DNA from: Trypanosoma brucei
Lineage: Eukaryota
Assembly: GCA_000002445.1 (NCBI GenBank)
Contig: CP000071.1
Location: 1,984,001 to 2,048,000, forward strand
Direction of reading: 5' to 3'
DNA: 64,000 nt
Each line of letters begins with the position of its first letter. Within the stretch, counting starts at the first letter, position 1. This document shows, piece after piece, positions 28,925 through 39,843 of the stretch. The notes under the pieces are model-generated. The model was not told the origin of the DNA and did not search any database. It was given only the letters and a program-made list of their open reading frames with translations. Position numbers and translations under genes: made by a program.

Positions 28925-31900
28925 TGATAGCACGCGGCCCTCGCTTTTGTGCGTCGGCGCGGAGATGCGATTTGGATGGCAACCGTCGGTTTATCATTTT
29001 CTATATAATCGAAGAATGGGGAACTACAGGAGTCACTTTCGCAGAGACTCCAATATATCAATAGATGCTTCAACGGGAATGAAGTGCCTCTCTACCACTA
29101 ATTTCTAACGCCATACGCGTATATTTTTTCCGCAAGAGGAGCTGGATTATGTATTACATTTTGTGGATGCGCTTCTGCGTGCAAGTGCTCACAACTTCCT
29201 TTCTTTCCGTAAGGTTGGCTGCCGCTACCATCATTAATCTGTCAATTGTTTATCAACTTCGCTAACGAGATACGTAGCCTTTTCTCCGTTCTCTCTCTAT
29301 TGCTTGTCACATGTGTTTGTCTGCTTCGACGAATATCGGTTGCAGCAGCAAAGCGCATAGACCGGCGTAGGCAAGATTAAATGCAGGGTTCAACAGAGAA
29401 AACTACGTTGGAGGAGCGAATGATACAAAGGCGCTCGAGTCTCCCCAGTTTGCAGTTGCCGAGTAACTCAAGCATCCCCCCTTTGTCTAAAAACAGTTCG
29501 TTTGCAGAGGGCAGAGTTGTCTCGGACCCGAAGTTGTGGACTGAACGTTTTAACGACGTCTTCCACGTACCACCTGCTCATACATCCCCGGAGGCTAACT
29601 GTCCGAGGGGGCCAAACAAGTCTGAGGAAAAGTCACCCACACCCGAGGTGACGTGCTGCGGTCTTTTTTTTTAGACCAAAGGTTGAGCGGGTATCTTACC
29701 AGTTGTTTTTGTCTATATGCTCCTGTTTATATGCATGTGTTGTTATTCTTTGCCTCTCCATCCATCTCTCTCCCGTAGATCGTTAAGCGCGTGCGGTGGT
29801 AGAGCATTTCAGCTGAGGAAATGGTTTGTCTTATTTGTGATGTTGGCCCAGCAAATGAGAGCCGGCTGTTTTGTGTGTATGTGTGTGTTCGTTTCTTCGC
29901 TAACTTCCATCACTTATCACCTCTATATTTCTATGGAAATTTGAAGAATTTTTTTAATTCATCAGTGAGGAGTTACCCGTTGGCAGGGGTCGACAGACAT
30001 TTCTTCAGGCAATTTGATTCTCACCCTTTCACTACTTGCAGACGTTTAACTTGTATTCGGATAAAGGTAAGCAACGATAGTAAAGGGCATGGTTAGCACC
30101 CACAGAGTTGTGCAGCGGCCGCGTGTAAGGGTTTCCGAATGGTCGCCTTGCAATTAGGGCTCGTAACGGCAAGTGTTGCCTAAAAAGAGGCATTCAGTTT
30201 CAATCATTAGATAAATCAGCAGAGCATGGGAGCGGCAAGGGGTGCGCACAAGTCTCTTACACCTTCTGAACGTTGTTATCTAGTGAACCAGGCAAACAAT
30301 ATTACGTCAGTGTAACGTTGGAGTATGTTGAGGGCCGGTGGGTCGTAACAAACAAAACAAAAGGCGGGGAGCTCCTCACTCTCCTCACCTCTTTGTCACA
30401 CCTGTAAGCTCGAACAAATGCAAGGAATTGTGCTTGATGCCATAGTTCAGGGCTGTTTACTCTTCCTTGCTATTACACGTGTAACTGACTTAGACGCTGC
30501 GCTTCGTTTCGCAAAGAGTTATCCCTCACCTCAGGAAGTTATTGATCGGAATGTCTTCATGTGCCTCCTCAGTGGAACGATGTGATGACAACACCTCAGC
30601 CTCGTGCACCGCGAATTTAGGGTCAGGGACTGCATTTCATTCGAGAGTCATTTGCCAGCAGCCCCCTTCCAGTGGGGTGGCAACCGTTTTGATTGCTTTT
30701 TTGTGTGCGCGTCGCTGATTATCAGTAGGTACCATTAGCTGAATCATTCCCAGCGGCGGCTGAGCGCTACTTCGAGATCCATGAGGATCAGGTGATGTCG
30801 TCTCTTCCCCCTTGAAGTGTCGCGAGATTTCCCATTTAACGTCGCGATAAGGGACATGTGAATACCTGCCGCATGTAAAGTGAGGGAGACCGTGGCACTG
30901 TCGTCACCCCGCCGTGGGGAGAGGGAAGTGCGATATGTGCATATATGTGACAGTGCAGGGAAATCGTGAGTGTTAAATGAACGGGTCCTACGCAGTCCGC
31001 GGGAAGCTGCCGAGGTTCTCCACATGTCGGCGACTTGTTGCAAATGGTATGAAAGAGCTTGTAACCGTAGTTCGCGAGCTATCCGAAGTTTTCCGCGCCC
31101 CACCACACTTGTCGTGGACATTCAGTTGCTTCCTCGCTGTGGCTCCAAACCACGTTCAATGCAAATTCACTTTAACAAGAGGTGGTGGAATGATGGATAT
31201 GGTGTACCCTTTAATTCCGTTTCCCCCTTCTCTTTTAAAACCGACTGAGCCGGTGGACGGGTTTTTAAAAAGAGAAGGAAGGGACAAAATGCCGATCTGG
31301 TGCGCCCGACAATACAATCCGGGGGTCACCACTTCCCTAGGAAAGATTACGAATGGAAGCATAGAAAAGCGGAGCGTGGCAATGAAAGGTGGCTAATACG
31401 TGAAGCGCACGGGGTAATTCGTCAGAAAATCTGGTCTGACGCATCACCAAAAGTAGTGCATGGTCGGCAGAGGAGGGAAGCTCGCAGCGTACTAGAGGTA
31501 AACAGCCAGCAAGTAGGCAGACACTTACTCCGGTACCCAAGGCTAAAAGGAATGAGGGCAGAAACAGAATTAATTGGTGCAGTGGAAAAACAAAAGGGGT
31601 CCGATGGCTGAAGCTGGCACAGTCCCTCATGAAGCTGTCCTCGCTTTTGAATCACAAAAAGAATGACCTTATCACAAACGACAATCACGTAGCCGCAGGA
31701 GGGAAGCACTGAAGCCCAGATGGTGGCAACAGGTCCCGTGACCCAAGTACTGGGCCAATGAAGGTTTACCAAGTCCGACAGCACATTCACAAACAAACGA
31801 GAGTTTGCGTGGGCACGCACGTGTAATGCGGGGGGAACCCCTAGTCACCTTCTCAGACCTTCTGTGAACAATTTGAAGGAGGCAGGTGATGGCAACACGG

Positions 31901-32395
31901 CTCATGCAGGTTCAATGCGTAAGCAAGCAAAAAAATTGTTTGCTATGAACCCTCTCCCTTCTGTCTGTGATAGTCTGTTATCAGCGATCTGTTTGAACAG
32001 GCTACAACAGTTCTGAACTGGTCTCCATTCTGTGTTCCAATGATTTTTTCAGTCCTTTAGTAATAATATCGGCCTCTTTTGTATAATTTCCTCATTTCTT
32101 CGTATTGTTGGTACTCGTAGTTTTTTGTTAACTTTCATGCGCCGGTCCTATTACTTGTTTTAAATTGGATTGCGGTGTCCATTCCTGATTTATTGCGTTT
32201 GTTTGTCCATTAGCCCATTTGGCCCTCTATTTTTGGGAGAGGCGAAGGCACACACCGGCAAAATTCTTTTTTTTTTCCTTTCATCTCTTGCTTGTGTCCC
32301 TCTTTGCTGAAGGGGAGAACGTGGGATCAGGTCAGTATTGGTGCCGTGGTGCGCACACACTGATTTATGAATTGTCATAAAGCAAACCTTACACT

Positions 32396-32959
32396 ATGAA
32401 CACGCCCTCTGTTCAATGCACACGGGACGAGTTTGACGAAATGGCTGCCACTCTCGTTCGGTCCAACGGACTCTGGCGGCTCCATCGCAAGAAGGACAGT
32501 TTTGAAAGAAGTGTTGTGTGGCTGGAGGCTGTGCACATCATGGAACGGATGGGTTCGGTTGGAAATGTGGAGCGTTTGTTGGTGACTTTCTTTGTAAGTT
32601 ACAGTGAATGCTACAGCCAACCCCAGCTTCACCTAGCGCCAGAGCATCCTCTGGATGCAGAGAGGTTGTCAACATATGTGGCTGGCGCTTGTTTTCATCC
32701 ACGCGAAAGCTGCGGCTGCTATGAAGCGCCCCTCGTCACCTTGGGGTTTTGCGAAGAGTTGGAAATGACGCTTTGGGGCCTCCATCCGTGTGATACCGCG
32801 CAGCTAGCACTCATGGCGTCAGAGAACGGGGTAAGAGGTAATTGCCTGGAACTCTTTTTGCTGAGCGTAGCGCCGTTTGTCAGTATGACTGAGGATTTGC
32901 TCCCTACACACGCCACAGGCATGGCGAACCACAGCGGTTGTCCATGCGACAGCGGATAG
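32396..32959 (+). CDS. Hypothetical protein (187 aa)
   Basis: ATG-initiated ORF co-oriented with the cluster. A strong polypyrimidine tract (32265-32312) and AG lie upstream. It is the only convincing ORF in the 28925-33026 gap. I recognise no domain. Confidence 0.35.
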   Translation: MNTPSVQCTRDEFDEMAATLVRSNGLWRLHRKKDSFERSVVWLEAVHIMERMGSVGNVERLLVTFFVSYSECYSQPQLHLAPEHPLDAERLSTYVAGACFHPRESCGCYEAPLVTLGFCEELEMTLWGLHPCDTAQLALMASENGVRGNCLELFLLSVAPFVSMTEDLLPTHATGMANHSGCPCDSG

Positions 32960-33065
32960 TTTTTTCGAGGCTGTTACCTCCTCGCTAGCGAGCTGCAAGT
33001 GCGGATGGTTACCAGAGAATTACGATGTGCTATGCATGTATGTGTGCGTGTTAGCATCTGGATCC

Positions 33066-33107
33066 CAATTTCCCCTCACTTTTCTCCTCCTTTCTTTAAC
33101 CACAAAG
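33066..33107 (+). promoter_or_regulatory. Polypyrimidine tract plus AG; candidate trans-splice acceptor
   Basis: caatttcccctcacttttctcctcctttctttaaccacaaAG, upstream of the ATG ATG at 33120. Confidence 0.5.
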
Positions 33108-33119
33108 GAACTCTTGACC

Positions 33120-33728
33120 ATGATGCGCCGTGCCTGTAGGCTCTTGCAATGTGCAGAGCGGGGGCCATTTGACCCCTACCGCATTCTCGGCCTTCAACAT
33201 ACCGCAAGCAAAGATGACATCAAGAAGGCTTACCGTCGCCTCGCGCTTCGCTTTCATCCCGATGGCGGCCCAGAGGGTAACAAAGAACGATTTCAGGCGG
33301 TGCAGGAGGCCTACGAGGCGCTGAAGGACGGGAAGTGGAGCCCACCGGCATCTGCCAAAAGCGCGGAAGGGGGGAATGGAACAGGCGCGTGGGATGCGAA
33401 GGTGGGGATGTACGTGTACGAGCGGCCAGGCTCCACGACAGAAAACTATGTGAATGGTAGGACACAGACATTGTTGCGCATGTGTGTGGTATGGACAACA
33501 GCATTTATATTGGTTCGTTCGTTTCTTCTCTGGGTGTTTCCATATCGTAGAACATCACCAACTGTGGACTGGATTGACGGTGTGCTCGACGGTAAGGAAT
33601 ACGGGGACGTTGGCGCTGTTTCAGCGTTGAACATGCATGGGGGGAGGGTCCCTCCCCAGTCCCACTCCGTCCACGCTGATGGTGATGAAAGAATAGGATC
33701 TTTTTATAGTTATGGTTCGTCGTCTTAG
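33120..33728 (+). CDS. DnaJ (J-domain) protein with a predicted C-terminal transmembrane segment
   Basis: J domain: [33 protein letters not shown]...[13 protein letters not shown], with the HPD tripeptide present. A hydrophobic stretch, [23 protein letters not shown], lies near the C-terminus. The track start at 33027 is GTG. The first ATG is at 33120. Confidence 0.7.
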   Translation: MMRRACRLLQCAERGPFDPYRILGLQHTASKDDIKKAYRRLALRFHPDGGPEGNKERFQAVQEAYEALKDGKWSPPASAKSAEGGNGTGAWDAKVGMYVYERPGSTTENYVNGRTQTLLRMCVVWTTAFILVRSFLLWVFPYRRTSPTVDWIDGVLDGKEYGDVGAVSALNMHGGRVPPQSHSVHADGDERIGSFYSYGSSS

Positions 33729-34033
33729 CTCCACCCCCTCTACAGCGAAGGCCCAGTGCATTGTAGCCAATAGCAGCTGCTAAGAGAAGAGTTGCTATTA
33801 ACCATCTCATTAGGGGGGCGCTGTAAGTACCGGCACGCATAATTTACCCTCCTTTGCCGCATTATTGCATACTTCTAATGCATTACCGTTGTAACCACAC
33901 TTTTTACTCCCTTTTTTCGTCACTGCGTGGTTGACTACTAAATCTCTTATTGTTTATTTCCCCTTTTGTCAAAACATGAACACATGCACGCGCACCAGCA
34001 TATCGCGTATTTAACAACAGTGACCACGAGCAG

Positions 34034-37000
34034 ATGACGCGGGAGGAAGTCCGCATCGTCACCCCTTCAGTTCTTCGCGTCCAGCACTTTGGCTATATTT
34101 TCAAAAATGGAGTAAAGTGCATTGTGGTGCAGGACCCCAATGCACGCGTGCCAGCCGCAGCGATGAACATACGCGCCGGTCAGCTCAACGACCCGGAGGT
34201 GCTCCCCGGACTGGCGCATTTCTGTGAGCACATGCTGTTCATGGGGACGGAGAAGTACCCAAGTGAAGGTGAATACAGCGACTACATCACAAAGAACGGT
34301 GGCTACTGCAACGCTTGGACAGCAGATCGTGGCACAACGTACTACTTTACCGTGGCACAGGATGCACTCCAAGGAGCACTGGAGCGGTTTGTTGAGTTTT
34401 TCATCGCCCCAAGTTTCGATGCGAGCTCCATATCCCGTGAGGTGAAGGCGGTTCATAGTGAAGATGAGAAAAACCATAGTGTGGATTTCTGGCGTCAGGA
34501 CGAGTTACTCCGCTCTCTTTGTGATCCGCGGCACCCAAGAAGCCGCTATGGCAATGGCAATATGACAACACTTTGGGATGAACCACTGCAAAAACAGGTT
34601 GACATCCGTGAGCAGCTGCTGAAGTTCTTTGAAGCGCATTACGTTTCGGGAGCTGCATGCATAGCGGTATACAGCGCGTTTCCTCCCGAATGGGTGCTAA
34701 GCATTATTGAGGAGCCTCTTTCAAAAATGCGTGTGGGGGAGCCATCACCGTTTCGTTTCATGCAGCCCAGTGACCCGCTTTTGCGCTCGACAGCCTCGGG
34801 AGGATTGTGGTTGAATGTTCGAACGGTGAGGAAGACGCGAAGCATTGCCATGATTTGGCCCGTGAAATCACATTCATCTCTGTGGCGGTCGAGTCCCTCG
34901 GGCTATGTCTCTTATATCTTGGGTCATGAGTGTGACTCCTCCGTGTTTGGTATCCTGCGGCAGCAGGGGCTCGCAGTTGCAATGAGTGTTGGTCCTCGAA
35001 GAATTGATGACGACAATGAGCTCTTTTGCGTTGATATATCACTTACACTTGACGGCGTACGGTGCATTCCGGACGTCATCGACATGGTTTATCAGGGCAT
35101 TGGACAGACCGCCCACGTAGACACTTCAGTGTATGAGCATATGAAATCAGAGGAGTTGCTTTCATTTGAATCGTGTGATATTAGTGGGTATGCGGATCAC
35201 TGCGTTGAGTTGGCCTATTCGGCTAACGAGACCGACCTGCCAAACTGTTGGGTTTCTGGAAATAGAGTACTGGAGGATGATATTCATGCAACCGAGGAAT
35301 ACGTCGCCCAACTAACACCCGAGAAATGTGTTATAACGTTCATGTGGGGAGATATGCCTTGCAGTACGGACGACGACACACCACGTGAGGAGGGCCCGGA
35401 GTCAGCTATAGAGGAGGAGGAGGAAGATGCCGAGGAATCCGAGGAGGAGCAATGTGCCTCAAGTGTGTTTCACACTCTGCCCAATTTCGCGCAGATACCA
35501 TGCAACTGCGCAACGCGCTTCCACAAAACAAAGTTTTCCCTTTGTCGAGTCCCTGATGACCTTCTTCGGCGTTGGGCGGCTAGCCTTCACAAACCGACCC
35601 AAGCTGGTTTGTCGCTTCCACCCCCCAACCCATTCCTCGCTACGGACTTCACGCTTTATAATGAGGGGAGCTCTGACGGTCATTGTGAGCCGGCGGTTGA
35701 AACGTTCAATACTATGTACGGTGTCACACTCATGCGGAAAAATGTATGGCACTACCAAACTTTCAAGTCGTCGATCCATTGGTGCGCGTTGTCACCGTGT
35801 GTGTATGCCACGCCAAAGAACCGTTTCTACGCGCGTGTCATGCGGAGCATATTGAAGGATGCCCTCGCTGAAGTCAGTTATTTTGGTGTACTTGCCTCTC
35901 TGGAAAACAGTGTTGAATTGAGCACTGGGGGGATTTCACTTAGCGTCACGGGACCTCAGCAGAGAATAGTGGATTTTTTTTTCTCACTGTTCGAGAAGTT
36001 CTTTAGCCCAAATGTCCTCCGTGGCACGGCTGAAAAGTACAATACTTACTCGGAGGTAGCACTGCGACACCTGGTCGGCAGCGCTGCTAAACAGCCGTAC
36101 GAGCTGGTGAATGACGCGTTCGTGAAGGTGGGGAAGGTGGTTATGTATACCTTTGATGAAATACTCAATGCAGCCTCATCGATCTCCTACAAGGAATACC
36201 TATCCTTCGTTGATGAGTATCTCAGAAGCGGAATATACTTTGAGTGCTTCATAGCAGGCAACATACCTTCCGCTTCCTACATGCGTGAATGTTTGCTGGA
36301 TACGATGGAAAAGAAACTATCTTGCATGAACGTGCCTCCTGCCCCTAAGGAGTCTATTCCCCGATTTCGTGATGCGTATGCCTTCAGCCGCGACTCCTCC
36401 AAACTTGGCACTCCGGTCGTCAGCGTCATGAGTTATCCCCCTTTCAACCCGGAAAACCCCAACGTGGCAGTGCTGCTTGACATTTATGTTGGTGAGGAAA
36501 CTGCCATGGTGCGGGCGCTTTGTGACTGCATGAATAAGTTACTCTCATCCAGTTTTTTCAATGAACTTCGAACAAAGGAAGCACTTGGCTACATTGTTTT
36601 CTCAAGGTCCCTTCGCTTGCAAGGCACTGCTCACTTGCAATTCGGTGTGCAGAGTGCTGTTGAGGGTGTTGATGGACTGTATCTCTTTTCCCGCATCATC
36701 GCATTCTTAGCTGCTGTCGAGGAAAAGCTTGTCGCGGTATGCAGCGAGACTGATGTGCAGACTGTTGTGAGTGGTCTTATCGAAGCGAGGAAGAAACTAC
36801 CGGATTCAGCCGATCACGACTGCGATGACTTAAGCGGACGCTATCTGAACCCCTTGGGTATTCAGGGGAAGGAGGCAGTAGTAGCTGCACTCGAACAGGT
36901 GAGTCCCCAAATGGTAAGGGAGTTCTTTCAGACATATGTTGCGAACTCCAACCCTCACAGAAAGGCAGTGTTGACTATTGTCAACAGTTCTGCATCCGCA

Positions 37001-37228
37001 GCAACGGATGCGTTTAATACAGACCAGGAGGAGGTGGCGTTGCCGTCACGGCGACCGTGTGAAGGAGCGCAGCCCATCGATGGAGACGATGTAGCTGCCG
37101 CCAACCGGGGCTGCGTGTTGAATCTTCCCGATTTCACAGCGGTACCGATGCGCATCGCCATTAAGAGGTACGGTTCGCCCCAAGAGTTTCAGGCAAACCT
37201 CCCTGTCATTCGTTGCAGGACCTTCTAG
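34034..37228 (+). CDS. Peptidase M16 (insulinase/pitrilysin-family) zinc metalloprotease
   Basis: Inverted zinc motif HFCEHMLFMGTEKYP (HxxEH) near the N-terminus with a downstream E-rich region. At 1064 aa it fits the M16A architecture. It contains an acidic insert, EEEEEDAEESEEEQ. Confidence 0.8.
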   Translation: MTREEVRIVTPSVLRVQHFGYIFKNGVKCIVVQDPNARVPAAAMNIRAGQLNDPEVLPGLAHFCEHMLFMGTEKYPSEGEYSDYITKNGGYCNAWTADRGTTYYFTVAQDALQGALERFVEFFIAPSFDASSISREVKAVHSEDEKNHSVDFWRQDELLRSLCDPRHPRSRYGNGNMTTLWDEPLQKQVDIREQLLKFFEAHYVSGAACIAVYSAFPPEWVLSIIEEPLSKMRVGEPSPFRFMQPSDPLLRSTASGGLWLNVRTVRKTRSIAMIWPVKSHSSLWRSSPSGYVSYILGHECDSSVFGILRQQGLAVAMSVGPRRIDDDNELFCVDISLTLDGVRCIPDVIDMVYQGIGQTAHVDTSVYEHMKSEELLSFESCDISGYADHCVELAYSANETDLPNCWVSGNRVLEDDIHATEEYVAQLTPEKCVITFMWGDMPCSTDDDTPREEGPESAIEEEEEDAEESEEEQCASSVFHTLPNFAQIPCNCATRFHKTKFSLCRVPDDLLRRWAASLHKPTQAGLSLPPPNPFLATDFTLYNEGSSDGHCEPAVETFNTMYGVTLMRKNVWHYQTFKSSIHWCALSPCVYATPKNRFYARVMRSILKDALAEVSYFGVLASLENSVELSTGGISLSVTGPQQRIVDFFFSLFEKFFSPNVLRGTAEKYNTYSEVALRHLVGSAAKQPYELVNDAFVKVGKVVMYTFDEILNAASSISYKEYLSFVDEYLRSGIYFECFIAGNIPSASYMRECLLDTMEKKLSCMNVPPAPKESIPRFRDAYAFSRDSSKLGTPVVSVMSYPPFNPENPNVAVLLDIYVGEETAMVRALCDCMNKLLSSSFFNELRTKEALGYIVFSRSLRLQGTAHLQFGVQSAVEGVDGLYLFSRIIAFLAAVEEKLVAVCSETDVQTVVSGLIEARKKLPDSADHDCDDLSGRYLNPLGIQGKEAVVAALEQVSPQMVREFFQTYVANSNPHRKAVLTIVNSSASAATDAFNTDQEEVALPSRRPCEGAQPIDGDDVAAANRGCVLNLPDFTAVPMRIAIKRYGSPQEFQANLPVIRCRTF

Positions 37229-37606
37229 GTGTATTGAACGTGGTGGGTAGGTTTGTTTGTTGTTTTTTTTGTGACAGCGTTGCGGATACCAAACTTCAGT
37301 GGAAAGGGTGCTTCGTGTAGGCGAATGTTTTTTTTTTCATTTTCGAGAGGGGAGTGGTGTATCCGTGCCCGGTGTATACGGGTCGTCCAGGGAACCGCTT
37401 CATTTATCTAATGATCTAATTCTTCTCGGGATGTGTTGAACATACCACCTTGGCCACTACATCTTCTGTCATTTGTGCATTTGCGTGCCGAGGCGCTGTC
37501 TCAAAGTACTGCGCTTTTGACCATCAGCGGCTCAGTAAGTAGTGTAAGAGAAGGTAAGCATTGTTAGGTTGCACCTCATTATTCTGGTGCGTGATTCTTT
37601 TGCCTC

Positions 37607-38518
37607 ATGTATGTCGATTCCGATGAGGAGGCCGCTGCCGTAAGCACGGTAGTGGAGCAGGTGGCTCCTTATGCCGCCGCCGTTACACCGACCTCTAACG
37701 CCTGGTCCGAGCGAGTAGTCGCAAGGCTGAGATCATTGCAACGCGAGCTTTGCAACTTTAACGTAGCACTCCCTGATGTTGTTAGTTTTCGTGTGGACGG
37801 AAAGGATTTTTGTGTGCGGCGCGAGTTGCTACTGAAGGATCCACAGTCGGTGCTCTTCCTCATGGCCGTGAAGCATTTCCAACAGCACACTGCTGACCGA
37901 GGCGTTGAAAATGCCATCGAGGTTCCGTGTAGGAACCCTATGCTCTTCGGAATGTTGCTGAATTTGCTGCGCGGATATAAAAATCCCATTCCGGAGGCCT
38001 ACCGCGATGCCTGCTATGCAGAGGCACGTTTCTACGGCCTTCTACGCTCCTGGTCCTCACGTTATGCCGTTGTAGTGGAAGGCCCTTTCTGCCCGCTACC
38101 CTGCAGCGGTCGCCTCTTCTCTGATGTTGTGTGCGCCACGGCTGGGTCTTATTGCCGCAGGGGAAAGTACCGCATCACGTTCAATGTGCTTCGATGTGAT
38201 ACGATGGCAGTCGGAGTTATTTCGCGTGACAAAGAGAAAATGTGGGCAGACAGCGTAGACCAGTGGGAGGGGTTTGCACTTTGCTGGAACGACGGTCGAA
38301 CGGTGCATAACTTCGGCGAGGCCGTGATGGAAAGAACGGGTGTCACATACGCGGCTAACGCACGCATTCGAGTCGAGCTGGATTGTGACGAGGGTATTTT
38401 AAGTTGGTGTTTTTTAGAGCGGCAGCAGATGTCTGTAGTACGCTTACCACCGATGAGTTTCGCTTTCGTTGTGGTGTTGGCGCGGTCTTCTGAGGTGCAA
38501 ATAGTGGGAAGCGACTAA
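37607..38518 (+). CDS. Hypothetical protein with a BTB/POZ (K+-channel-tetramerisation-like) domain
   Basis: VVSFRVDGKDFCVRRELLLKDPQSVLFLMAV matches the BTB/T1 pattern V.L.VGG..F...R.TL...P.S.L..M. ATG at 37607. Confidence 0.45.
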   Translation: MYVDSDEEAAAVSTVVEQVAPYAAAVTPTSNAWSERVVARLRSLQRELCNFNVALPDVVSFRVDGKDFCVRRELLLKDPQSVLFLMAVKHFQQHTADRGVENAIEVPCRNPMLFGMLLNLLRGYKNPIPEAYRDACYAEARFYGLLRSWSSRYAVVVEGPFCPLPCSGRLFSDVVCATAGSYCRRGKYRITFNVLRCDTMAVGVISRDKEKMWADSVDQWEGFALCWNDGRTVHNFGEAVMERTGVTYAANARIRVELDCDEGILSWCFLERQQMSVVRLPPMSFAFVVVLARSSEVQIVGSD

Positions 38519-38924
38519 GTGGTGCTACAGCGTCTATTTTTACAACTCTTCTAGCTTCGTCTCTTCTATATAGTGCCGGCGGATATGTGTCTCAGTTCTT
38601 CCCTTCCTTCCTCACAACACCTTTCCCCTTTTTATATTTGCCTCTACACTGTTGCCATATGGCGAGTCTGTGGAGCTTACCGGGTTACTCTTGCTTATCT
38701 ACGAAAAGTGGCATTTAGCTCTTTAACGTAAGTACCGCGCTTCCATGTAGTTGATTAAAGGCACATCGCGCCTAGAGGTGACATTGCTGATTGTCGATGA
38801 AGTATCTGTTCGTTTTTATTCCTCTATTTATTTATTTTCCTCACCACCTTCCACTTTCTTTTTGTGGGTTGTAGAGAAGGTGGACATATCCAATAAAGGA
38901 AGCAGAAGAGTATTCGTGTGAGCG

Positions 38925-39494
38925 ATGCGTAAGTCATTTCTTGGAGCAAGGTTTTCCCCTTTAGTTGTGTGGAACACCTCATATCGCTTTACTTCAAGTA
39001 CTAACCCTGGGCCCAACCAGCCTGTCACTGGCAGTGCCAATCCGACCGCAACAACACCCAAAGCCGTTGGGAAGGATGAAGAAAAAGAGGAATATAGCAT
39101 TCCCACGGCAGAAATACTTGACGCGGTGAGACGGCGGGACTTCAGTGCTGTCCAATCGCACGCCGTTGGTATCGCACAGCACAAGTGGAAGGAAGAGCAT
39201 AACATCCCAGCAGCTTGTGTTGTTTTAACACTGTTCACGTGGTTTTTTGCATCTGGCTCTAGGCGGCGGGCCGAGCGGGCCTGCAGGGCGACAGAGGCAC
39301 GTGTGGAGGAGGAAGCTGAGCAGACGCTGGAGTTGGTAAATACACTCATTCGAAAGTGGAGGCAAAATGTTCAGCGTGCTGAGCAGCAGTTGCAGTTGAT
39401 TCTGGACAAAAATGGCGAGCTGACGAAAGATATTGATCGCATGACAAGCGGCCTGCGCCAGTGTTATGTTGACACGCGAGCAGCAGCGAAATGA
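38925..39494 (+). CDS. Hypothetical small protein (189 aa) with an internal hydrophobic segment
   Basis: ATG ORF co-oriented in the cluster. The central stretch ACVVLTLFTWFFASG is hydrophobic. The C-terminus looks coiled-coil-like. No family recognised. Confidence 0.35.
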   Translation: MRKSFLGARFSPLVVWNTSYRFTSSTNPGPNQPVTGSANPTATTPKAVGKDEEKEEYSIPTAEILDAVRRRDFSAVQSHAVGIAQHKWKEEHNIPAACVVLTLFTWFFASGSRRRAERACRATEARVEEEAEQTLELVNTLIRKWRQNVQRAEQQLQLILDKNGELTKDIDRMTSGLRQCYVDTRAAAK

Positions 39495-39843
39495 CAGAAA
39501 AATAGATGAAGAGAGGGGGGACACTACGGCTGCTTCCCCCTGAGTTGCTCGTTATATATATATATAGTTCTCCAGTACGTAGTAGGGGGGCACTAGCGAT
39601 GTATGTAGGTCACCATTTTTTGTTTGTTTGTTTAAATCCCCCTAGCTACTTTTTGTGAATGTGTCCTCCTCATGGCATCTGGGCAAACACATAAAAGGTG
39701 CTCTGTCTGCACTTCCCACTCGTGACGCCGTGTCGTCCGGCACTTATGTGTGGTCTAGTGACGACATTGCTTTCTGCTCTCCGGACTCTTTGTCTCTTGC
39801 CGGCGGGAGGCACACCCCTCATCCGTGTCAGCCAGCGTAAAAG

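Noticed and set aside
31180-31250. Possible C/D-box snoRNA (TGATGG ... CTGA).
   Set aside because: The C box is imperfect (TGATGG rather than TGATGA). I saw no terminal stem and no tandem organisation. It is likely a chance match.
30977-31396. 139-aa plus-strand ORF (also 29381..29674 and 31300..31611) in the gene-poor interval.
   Set aside because: It has no upstream polypyrimidine tract or AG and no recognisable motif, and alternative frames overlap it. I keep it only as part of the gap finding.
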